Shown piece after piece: positions 29,244 through 36,503 of a stretch of DNA of 64,000 bases (positions are counted from its first letter, which is position 1; every line of letters begins with the position of its first letter). This DNA is from Pseudomonadota bacterium. GTDB lineage: Bacteria > Bdellovibrionota > UBA1018 > CAIMNF01. Position numbers and translations under genes: made by a program. The DNA lies in the NCBI GenBank assembly GCA_027491115.1, contig JAIXWV010000041.1, positions 7,274 through 71,273 of the forward strand. The letters are read 5' to 3'. The notes beneath the pieces were generated by a model that was given only the letters and a program-made list of their open reading frames with translations, searched no databases and was not told where the DNA came from.

Positions 29244-29903
29244 ATGGAAAACCGGCACGAGCCCTTCGATCAGATGACCTTCCATACCACACCGAACTAC
29301 CTGACCCTGCTCCGAGTCCTGTTTGTTCCGGCGGTCATCATTTCGCTGTATCAGGGCACCCCGCTTTGGGACTTTCTCGGAGCAGTTTTCTTTGGTCTTG
29401 CCGGCATCACGGACTACTTTGACGGGTACCTCGCCCGGAAACACAAAATCGAGACCGTTTACGGAAAACTCCTCGATCCCTTGGCTGACAAGTTCCTGGT
29501 CATTTGCTCCTTCATCATGCTCCAGCATCTCGGAAGAATGAGCCCAATCGTGGTGATGTTGCTGGTTTGTCGCGAACTCACGATCACAGGGCTCCGTGCC
29601 CTAGCAAGCGCTGAAGGGGTGATCGTCGCGGCATCTCAAGGAGGCAAGTGGAAAACGGCGACGCAGATGTCGGCCATCCCGTGCCTCATGCTCGACCATG
29701 CGCTCGGATTCCCTTTTCTTACCATCGGGATGTGGCTGACCTACCTCTCGCTCGGACTGTCTCTCTGGAGCGCAAAGGACTACATCGTCGAATTTTTCAG
29801 GGGACTCAAGCGGGCAACCGAGCTCAGGAAACAAAAACGCCTAGAAAGGCGAGCCGCCAAAATCAGGAAAAAAGAAGCAAAAAGAACCCGCAACCCGTCC
29901 TGA
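29244..29903 (+). CDS. pgsA: CDP-diacylglycerol--glycerol-3-phosphate 3-phosphatidyltransferase
   Basis: CDP-alcohol phosphatidyltransferase motif DGYLARKHK...GKLLDPLADK. RBS GGAAGG before the ATG. Confidence 0.8.
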   Translation: MENRHEPFDQMTFHTTPNYLTLLRVLFVPAVIISLYQGTPLWDFLGAVFFGLAGITDYFDGYLARKHKIETVYGKLLDPLADKFLVICSFIMLQHLGRMSPIVVMLLVCRELTITGLRALASAEGVIVAASQGGKWKTATQMSAIPCLMLDHALGFPFLTIGMWLTYLSLGLSLWSAKDYIVEFFRGLKRATELRKQKRLERRAAKIRKKEAKRTRNPS

Positions 29904-30458
29904 TCAAGCCTTCGGAGGAAGCCACTTTGACTCAGGGTGTACGGAAGCCTGATTCACCGCACGCGCCATCACAAAGAGGCAATCACTGAGGCGGTTCAGG
30001 TAACGAACGGATTCTGGCCGGATGGGTTCGCTGTGGGAAAGATCCACGCATTCCCGCTCAGCTCTCCGGATGATGGTCCGGGCGAGGTGGAGCGCGGAGC
30101 CTGCCTGTCCGCCACCCGGTAGGATGAAATTCCGAAGCGGATCGAGACCTGACTCCATCTGATCGATCTCGGCTTCCAGGCGTTGAACCTCGGTCTCAGC
30201 TAGAACCGCGCAACTGTTCTTGGAACCATGCGGGGTGGCCAACTCCGAACCGAGCTGAAACAACTCGCCCTGGATCCGGGTCAGAGGCTCCCGGAAATGG
30301 TCGGTCGGACCCGACAGGAAAGAAATCGCAAGTCCGATCATGGAATTCGCCTCATCCAGGGTTCCGTAGGCGTTCACCCGGGGGTGGGATTTCATCACTC
30401 TCCCCCCGCCGAACAAGGAGGTTTCACCCAAGTCTCCGGATTTCGTATAAATTTTCAT
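29904..30458 (-). CDS. Cob(I)alamin adenosyltransferase, PduO-type
   Basis: N-terminal MKIYTKSGDLGETSL is characteristic. Confidence 0.85.
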   Translation of the reverse strand: MKIYTKSGDLGETSLFGGGRVMKSHPRVNAYGTLDEANSMIGLAISFLSGPTDHFREPLTRIQGELFQLGSELATPHGSKNSCAVLAETEVQRLEAEIDQMESGLDPLRNFILPGGGQAGSALHLARTIIRRAERECVDLSHSEPIRPESVRYLNRLSDCLFVMARAVNQASVHPESKWLPPKA

Positions 30459-30501
30459 ACTTTGAGACTATGCGATCCAGAAATTGCCCGCCAATAAATT
30501 C

Positions 30502-30530
30502 TTGACCCCGTCATCGTTTCGGGCTATTCA
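30502..30530 (+). promoter_or_regulatory. Possible sigma70-like promoter for tRNA-Gly (TTGACC, 17 nt spacer, TATTCA)
   Basis: Hexamers read directly about 35 nt upstream of the tRNA 5-prime end. Confidence 0.25.
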
Positions 30531-30562
30531 GAAAACCTAGCTGTTCATTCAGGCTGTTCCAA

Positions 30563-30639
30563 GCGGGAGTAGCTCAGTTGGCTAGAGCGCCACGTTGCCA
30601 ACGTGGAGGTCGAGGGTTCGAGCCCCTTTTCCCGCTCCA
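30563..30639 (+). tRNA. tRNA-Gly (anticodon GCC)
   Basis: Cloverleaf folded by hand: acceptor GCGGGAG/TTCCCGC, D-arm GCTC..GAGC, anticodon stem CCACG/CGTGG with loop TTGCCAA, T-arm GAGGG TTCGAGC CCCTT, then CCA. Confidence 0.9.
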
Positions 30640-30647
30640 TTTTTCTC

Positions 30648-31259
30648 ATGAACTTCACACCAGACTTCAAGGATCAGTTTTATAGGCTCTTGCAAGCCCG
30701 TCGTTCGGTGAGGAAGTTCAAACCTGAAATGCCTCCCCGGGAGATCCTGGAGCGGGTTCTTCAAGCTGCAATCGAAGCACCTTCCGGAAAGAATCGTCAG
30801 AACTGGAGGTTCTTTGTGTTGTCCGGTGAAAAGCGGGACGCATACCTGAGCCTTTCCCAAAAATCCTGGCTCGGTATCAAAGACATTCTCGAGAAACGAC
30901 TGAAGCCCTCTCTGTATCAATTCACGGAGCGGTTCTTCTACACCCTGGGCGATGCTCCGGTGGTCATCTTGTGCTATTCGGCGAATGACAGTGACGAAAA
31001 ACACCTCACCAGTGTCGGCTCGGTGTATATGGCCGTTGAGAACCTGAACCTGGCCGCAGTAGCAGAAGGTCTTGGATGCTGCACCATGGGCGCACCCTTG
31101 GAAATCAAAGCCGAGGTGGACTCATTCCTCGGCATTGAAACACTCCGTGAACCCGGAGTGGAAAACATGGAACTGCTCTGTGCGGTGGTCCTCGGTTATC
31201 CGGACCACACGCCACCTCGGGCTCCTCGCCAGCTCGAAAATCGAGTCCGCTGGCTTTAA
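30648..31259 (+). CDS. Nitroreductase family protein
   Basis: LLQARRSVRKFKPEMPP...APSGKNRQNWRFFVL. The ATG lies right after the tRNA; the track ORF begins inside the tRNA. Confidence 0.8.
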   Translation: MNFTPDFKDQFYRLLQARRSVRKFKPEMPPREILERVLQAAIEAPSGKNRQNWRFFVLSGEKRDAYLSLSQKSWLGIKDILEKRLKPSLYQFTERFFYTLGDAPVVILCYSANDSDEKHLTSVGSVYMAVENLNLAAVAEGLGCCTMGAPLEIKAEVDSFLGIETLREPGVENMELLCAVVLGYPDHTPPRAPRQLENRVRWL

Positions 31260-31275
31260 TTCATCCTCACCACTC

Positions 31276-31560
31276 TCAGTGGTGAGCTTCTTCTTTCTTC
31301 TCTTCTTTGTGCTCTTCGGATTTTCCGTGCTTGGTTTCGCAATTCTTACAGCCCTTCTTAGTCTTGGCCTTCTTTTTCATCTTGCAGTTCTCACCACTGC
31401 AGTCCTTATCGCAACCGCCATCGCAGTCGTCTTTCTTCTGCTCGGCAGCCGGAGCTTCCTGTTTGGCAGGAGCAGCGGTATCTTCCGCGCGAACAACCGG
31501 TGAAAGAAACAACGAGAATGCAACCACTGGAACCAATGCGAATTTCTGAATTGAGGTCAT
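31276..31560 (-). CDS. Small secreted Cys/His/Lys-rich protein (putative periplasmic metal-binding)
   Basis: Perfect RBS TAAGGAG before the ATG at 31560. Signal peptide (FALVPVVAFSLFLSPVVRA). Mature part CDGGCDKDCSGENCK...GCKNCETKHG...EEHKEEKKEEAHH. Confidence 0.55.
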   Translation of the reverse strand: MTSIQKFALVPVVAFSLFLSPVVRAEDTAAPAKQEAPAAEQKKDDCDGGCDKDCSGENCKMKKKAKTKKGCKNCETKHGKSEEHKEEKKEEAHH

Positions 31561-31607
31561 GAGTTTCTCCTTACTCCCCATTCTAAACATTCCCTGTGAA
31601 CTCAGGT

Positions 31608-31644
31608 CACAATTTTTTCCATGAAAACCTGAGTTGAATATTTA
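31608..31644. promoter_or_regulatory. Perfect 9-bp dyad AACTCAGGT(N19)ACCTGAGTT in the divergent promoter region; candidate operator
   Basis: Read directly in the AT-rich gap between the Cys-rich gene and the 31680 gene. Confidence 0.3.
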
Positions 31645-31679
31645 AACTCCGGGAATAGAAGAAAGCAGGAATTAAAAAA

Positions 31680-32894
31680 GTGCTTAAATTACTTGCCCTT
31701 GGAATATTAATGACGACACAGGCCTTCGGATCGACCCCCACTCCAGAAGCTTTTTGTCGTGATTACTTAGCCCTGCGTCAAGAACAGTCCAATTCCCGCC
31801 CAAGACCAGATCAAACACTCACCCTCCTGTTCCGGCCTCGCAGCCTGATTCAAGCCAGACAATGGGATCGCCCCGTGCCAGCTCGAAAAGTGAGGGATTC
31901 GTCTGCAAGAACCAAGAAGGTGATTTACGTCCTTCTGAGCTCACCGGAATCGGATGAGTCCGTGATCCGCTCGGTCCGCGCCACCCAAGAGCGCATCCGC
32001 CGTCTCCCTCTGCTCAGGGATCTTGCACGGGCTCCATCCTTGGAAGGGTGTATCGAAGCGGTCCAGCAGGATTCCTTCGGTTATGCGCGGATGAGCGAGT
32101 ACCTCGATCAATATAAGACTGCCCGTCCCCACCTGGATGCCAAACGGCAAAGTGACCTGAGGGCCCTGGTTGAAAAGAAATTGATCGCCTTCGAACACAA
32201 GGGCTGGGAAGTCCGCTTTCCGAAAACCTACTCTGATTTCATGATCGAGCTCGAACGTGATCCCGGAATCCGTGAGGCCATGATCATCGCCCACGCCGAC
32301 CCTGAGGGAAAACTTTACGATTCGACTGGAACGGCGATTCCAGCAGGGGTCCTGTTGAACCTGCCCGAGAGTCTCCAAAAGCTGATTCTATTCAGTTGCC
32401 ATTCCCGTGCGGTTCTCGATCGCTATGAAGCGAAGCGGGCATCCTCATCCATGGATATTCACTACCCCGAACTCGAGGATCAGCATGAGAACCTTTATCG
32501 GACTTCCATCCCGGTCGTGGCACTTCGAGGAATGTTGAATGCAGCAGACGCAGGCCTTTCCGGCGGTTCCGCCCCCGATCGCTCATGCCGGATCGATGTC
32601 GTCCTCCCGGAAGCCTCCGGTCGGTACGAGATTCTGCTTCAGAACCGATTGATCGGGATCCTCGATCGAACAGCCGGGAAATCGATCTCTTTCGACTGTT
32701 CCCTTCTCGGAACCGGAAAAACCATTTTCAAGCTCCATCACGCTGAAGGCGAAGCAAGAACACCCCCAAGGGTGTCCGAGATGCGCCTCACAACTCCCGG
32801 ATCAGGAATGGTCCTGCTCCGGGTGAAGGAGTTTCTTTCGTCAGACGGCATCAGCCACATCCAAACCATCGGTACCACAGGAGGTCACCCATGA
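31680..32894 (+). CDS. Secreted hypothetical protein; possible clan-CD-like cysteine peptidase (His/Cys dyad on hydrophobic strands)
   Basis: Signal peptide (LALGILMTTQAFG). Motifs AMIIAHADPEG and KLILFSCHS are arranged like caspase/gingipain His and Cys strands. This is weak and inferred. Confidence 0.45.
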   Translation: MLKLLALGILMTTQAFGSTPTPEAFCRDYLALRQEQSNSRPRPDQTLTLLFRPRSLIQARQWDRPVPARKVRDSSARTKKVIYVLLSSPESDESVIRSVRATQERIRRLPLLRDLARAPSLEGCIEAVQQDSFGYARMSEYLDQYKTARPHLDAKRQSDLRALVEKKLIAFEHKGWEVRFPKTYSDFMIELERDPGIREAMIIAHADPEGKLYDSTGTAIPAGVLLNLPESLQKLILFSCHSRAVLDRYEAKRASSSMDIHYPELEDQHENLYRTSIPVVALRGMLNAADAGLSGGSAPDRSCRIDVVLPEASGRYEILLQNRLIGILDRTAGKSISFDCSLLGTGKTIFKLHHAEGEARTPPRVSEMRLTTPGSGMVLLRVKEFLSSDGISHIQTIGTTGGHP

Positions 32895-33397
32895 AATCCA
32901 TGAAACAGCGGATCAGCGCCCTGGTCCTTTCCACCACTCTCACAGTCGGAGCCATCAGTGCCCCCACCCAGCGGGCCGAAGCAGGGGTGATCGTCGCCGC
33001 AGCTTCTTCCCTGTATGTGACCATCCCGGCACTTGCGATCGCAGGAATGCTCGGAGGATTCGGTACAGCGGTCGGATCCATCTATTATGCCATTGATCAT
33101 CGCGACAAAGCTTGGTGGGCCTACGCCTTCTTCATGCTCGACGCCGAACTTCAGAACGGAAACCTGCAACAAACCATCGAGCAGCGTTACCCGGGCATCG
33201 ACTCGACCGTTGCAGCCGAGATCGCACGGATCGTTACCGAGAAAGCCAAGGAAACCGCTTTCGATGACAAAGGGCTGAAAGAAATCATTCTCAGCGAAAC
33301 CGACCTGGCACCGGTGACGGACTTGCTCGCCGAGACCGATCCTGCTCTCGGACAAAAGCTCAAAAACGAACTCACCCACTCGACGCTGGTGAAGTGA
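32891..33397 (+). CDS. Secreted or membrane small protein, paralog A (signal peptide plus Gly-zipper hydrophobic segment plus about 90-aa domain)
   Basis: Clear paralog of the next gene: ...QRYPGIDSTVAAE...KGLKEIILSETDLAPV...LTHSTL versus ...QRYPGLDSAVALE...QGLKEVVLTEAEIAPI...LTRSSL. Confidence 0.55.
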   Translation: MKSMKQRISALVLSTTLTVGAISAPTQRAEAGVIVAAASSLYVTIPALAIAGMLGGFGTAVGSIYYAIDHRDKAWWAYAFFMLDAELQNGNLQQTIEQRYPGIDSTVAAEIARIVTEKAKETAFDDKGLKEIILSETDLAPVTDLLAETDPALGQKLKNELTHSTLVK

Positions 33398-33422
33398 ACC
33401 CGAACCCGAAACGGAGAAAACC

Positions 33423-33899
33423 ATGAAATACGTGAAAAATTTAAAAGCCAAACTCGCTCTTCTCGCCTGCCTCACCGCCGCAACGGTGGCCCCCACCTCG
33501 GATGCCAAAGCCGGTATCATCATCGGGGTCGCCATCCCGGGGATCGGATCTGCCTTGGTGGGCCTGACCATCACCTCAGCGGGATTCTTCTGGGGCATCC
33601 AAAGTGATGACCTGAACTACTGGGCTGCGGCTCTCTTTGTTTTGGATCAGGATGCGACTCCTGAAGGTCTCCGGTCCGCTCTAGAACAACGCTATCCGGG
33701 CCTAGACTCCGCAGTGGCTCTCGAGCTCGGTCAATTGATTTCGAATAAGGCCTCCCAACTCGAGAGAAACGGCCAAGGACTCAAGGAAGTGGTACTGACC
33801 GAAGCTGAGATCGCGCCCATCCTGCAGATCCTTGAGGAAACCGGCTCCGATCTTGGGGAACGCTTGAGCCAGGATTTGACCCGCAGCAGCTTGAAATGA
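33423..33899 (+). CDS. Secreted or membrane small protein, paralog B
   Basis: Tandem duplicate of 32891..33397. Signal peptide LALLACLTAATVA, Gly-zipper GVAIPGIGSALVGLTITSAG. Confidence 0.55.
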   Translation: MKYVKNLKAKLALLACLTAATVAPTSDAKAGIIIGVAIPGIGSALVGLTITSAGFFWGIQSDDLNYWAAALFVLDQDATPEGLRSALEQRYPGLDSAVALELGQLISNKASQLERNGQGLKEVVLTEAEIAPILQILEETGSDLGERLSQDLTRSSLK

Positions 33900-33981
33900 T
33901 TCGAGTCCGGCCCGGTCAGCACCCGATGGGTTTTGGCCGGGCCCCCTCAAGCCCGGGGCAATTCCTGCCGATCAGGAGTCT

Positions 33982-34452
33982 ATGCTCAAAATGCTCACCG
34001 GCTTGACCCTGTGGCTCCTCCTGTTCGCTCTCTATCCACTCTCCACACGCGCTCAGGTTCACGGGAGCGGAGGAGGACCGGATCGACCCAGCAATCAGGA
34101 AGCGATGTGCACCGAGCTTCGCGACCGGTCTCGTGACCTGGAAAAAGATTACCTAGATTCGAGAAAAATCCGCTACGAAAACGACCAAAGTTTCTTTGAC
34201 GAAATAAAACGTCTCGCAGCAAAAAGTATATTCAAAGCGATCAGTAAACCATCCTGGGCGCAAACTTCCTGTGGGAGTGCGCCGGTTCCCGTTCACACCC
34301 CGGATCAAATCAAGCTCCTTCATCGGATTGAGCAACTTTGGGTACAAGGGGTCGAATCACCACAATACTGCCTAGGACGTTTCAAGTCCCGTGCCAGAAA
34401 CATTGATGCTCTAAAATGTGTGATCCAATCGCTGTCTCATGAGTCAAAATGA
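33982..34452 (+). CDS. Small secreted hypothetical protein
   Basis: Signal peptide LTLWLLLFALYPLSTRA, 4 Cys. Confidence 0.45.
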   Translation: MLKMLTGLTLWLLLFALYPLSTRAQVHGSGGGPDRPSNQEAMCTELRDRSRDLEKDYLDSRKIRYENDQSFFDEIKRLAAKSIFKAISKPSWAQTSCGSAPVPVHTPDQIKLLHRIEQLWVQGVESPQYCLGRFKSRARNIDALKCVIQSLSHESK

Positions 34453-35638
34453 GGAACGCCACGTCTATTTTCTGGAGACTTTCAAGCTCCTGAGATCGGA
34501 CAAACGCAAATTCCTGTATCGCCTCGAGCATCACACCTTTTCTTTGGCAGAAGGCCGATTGCTCCGTGCGTATCTCGAGTTCCACAGGAACTCGAAGGCG
34601 GGAGCCTTGAAAGAGCTCCGGGTCAGTCCTTTTCATGAAGCATTCTATGAAGGGGTCAGGCTCTACCTCATCGGTCTCGTTTACAACCAGCACAGCCATT
34701 TCAGGTACGCAGTCGAGAATCTCGAACGCTCCGTCCAGACCTTCCAAACCGTGCCTCACTATGGGTTCGTCCTGAATCCGCTCTACTTGCTGATCCTCGC
34801 CCTGGGTAACAGAAGAGAAGTGGCCCGAATGGGCCAACTTTTACTGGAACTCGAATCCATCCCGGTGACCACCGCTCTCGAGAAACTCCAAGTCCTCCAT
34901 TGTCGGATCCTGTATGCCTTGCTCTCAGGTGATACTCAAAACTGCCTTGAGCTTGTTGAACATGCATTCCGTCACAAAAAGCAGGATTTGAAGAGCTTTG
35001 AACCGCATCTACTGATCATCCGAATCTCAGCTTTGATCCAAGAAATGCGTTACGATGACGCGATCTCTCTTCTGGATCGATACAAGAAAACGGCTTCAAA
35101 TGCGATCGTCCGTGCAAACTATGCCTATATCAAGACACTGCTCACCCACCTGCACCAGGGGGCTCCCTTGTACATCTACGCATCGAAGTTCAAGGATTTC
35201 CCGGAGCTACACTGGCAACTGGAAACGGTGAAACGTCTCTCCATCGGGGATTTGGATGGGGCCAGGAAATTTTGGAACCAACTCCGGAAGCACAATACGG
35301 GGCTTTACGGTGTGGACTTCGAGTACAAGGGTGACCCCTCGCTGTTCTCGCAATGCCTAGATCGATACCGGTCTCACACCACTGGAGAGGACTGGGATGA
35401 ATCTGAACTCGCCGGAATCAAATCCAAACGGGATCGACTGCATTTCTTGCTGACCCGGAGTTCAGGTCCGATCCTTGCTGACAGGCTGGTGGACCTGATT
35501 TGGGGAGAAGAAGCCGATGAGCGTACCCTGGCCCGACTCAGGAAACTGATTTCAAACTACTGCAAGGAGCTGGGTGTGAAGGTGGTTTCTCGCCACAACA
35601 GTTACCGTTTGGACCTGCAGACCGGTGAGACCAGGTAA
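34439..35638 (+). CDS. Transcriptional regulator with C-terminal OmpR/PhoB-type winged-helix domain and N-terminal helical (TPR-like) domain
   Basis: C-terminal LHFLLTRSSGPILADRLVDLIWGEEADERTLARLRKLISNYCKELGVKVVSRHNSYRLD fits the trans_reg_C pattern. There is no receiver domain. Confidence 0.55.
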   Translation: MSQNEERHVYFLETFKLLRSDKRKFLYRLEHHTFSLAEGRLLRAYLEFHRNSKAGALKELRVSPFHEAFYEGVRLYLIGLVYNQHSHFRYAVENLERSVQTFQTVPHYGFVLNPLYLLILALGNRREVARMGQLLLELESIPVTTALEKLQVLHCRILYALLSGDTQNCLELVEHAFRHKKQDLKSFEPHLLIIRISALIQEMRYDDAISLLDRYKKTASNAIVRANYAYIKTLLTHLHQGAPLYIYASKFKDFPELHWQLETVKRLSIGDLDGARKFWNQLRKHNTGLYGVDFEYKGDPSLFSQCLDRYRSHTTGEDWDESELAGIKSKRDRLHFLLTRSSGPILADRLVDLIWGEEADERTLARLRKLISNYCKELGVKVVSRHNSYRLDLQTGETR

Positions 35639-36447
35639 TCAGCGAATTCCAAACGATTGAGGGCCTCACAAGCTCCGGGATCGACGGGACAGGTCAATCC
35701 GAGGTGGTGTAACTCCAGATCGACCCGTTTGCGGATCCCGACATGCATTTCGGAACAATTCAAGGCCTCGTCCCAAGCGGGGTTCACGTACTCCGCCCAC
35801 GTGAAGCTCGCATCACGTTCCCATTCCCCCTCCTCGTTGCACCTAAAATACGGACGGGATCCTTCCACTAGGCGGGACCAGAAACGGTACCCTTGGTAAT
35901 CCGCCGCGATGTCTGCCCAGGACTTCACACCCGAAGTCCCAAGACCCCAAAGACCGTCCTCACCATGTTCCGTATCCAAAACCTTCTCGATCGGGGTGCC
36001 TTGACGAACCTGATCGTAGAAATCGAGACCCTGCATGAAAAAGTGCCCGATTTTGTCGGTTCCGATCACCTGGCCCGACAGCTTGAAACTCCGACCGATC
36101 CCGAACACCCTCATGATGGGTGACTCAAAAAAAGAAACCTCCCGATAGACACTGTTTCGGACTCCCACCGGAGTCCTCTCAATCGAATCCGTGAACTCGA
36201 GCCATAGCTCGAGGATCCCGGTCGGATCCGGCCGGATCCACCGAAGGATCTCTTGCCGAAGGACGGCAAAGCTGCAGAATCCGGGGCTCTCGAGACGGGA
36301 GTCGCGAGCCGCACGGTCCAGGATGCTGTTCACCTTCTGGTCCAGGACCGGAATCGAGTCCCGCACCAATGCAGAACGCCCCGTGAAATTATCCACTTCG
36401 TAGGCCAATACCGGCTGAAGGAGCAATAATACGAAGCTCAAGACCAT
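35602..36447 (-). CDS. Secreted hypothetical protein
   Basis: Signal peptide MVLSFVLLLLQPVLA. No recognised domain. Confidence 0.5.
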   Translation of the reverse strand: MVLSFVLLLLQPVLAYEVDNFTGRSALVRDSIPVLDQKVNSILDRAARDSRLESPGFCSFAVLRQEILRWIRPDPTGILELWLEFTDSIERTPVGVRNSVYREVSFFESPIMRVFGIGRSFKLSGQVIGTDKIGHFFMQGLDFYDQVRQGTPIEKVLDTEHGEDGLWGLGTSGVKSWADIAADYQGYRFWSRLVEGSRPYFRCNEEGEWERDASFTWAEYVNPAWDEALNCSEMHVGIRKRVDLELHHLGLTCPVDPGACEALNRLEFADYLVSPVCRSKR

Positions 36448-36503
36448 TTAGTGTTCATAGCACCTGGAAGGAGGTCTTTACAAATCCACTCTGAACAGCT
36501 ATT

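Noticed and set aside
31260-31560. Low-complexity repetitive-looking DNA (cttct/ttctt runs)
   Set aside because: Explained by Lys/Glu-rich coding of the small Cys/His-rich protein on the minus strand. Not a CRISPR array or tandem repeat array.
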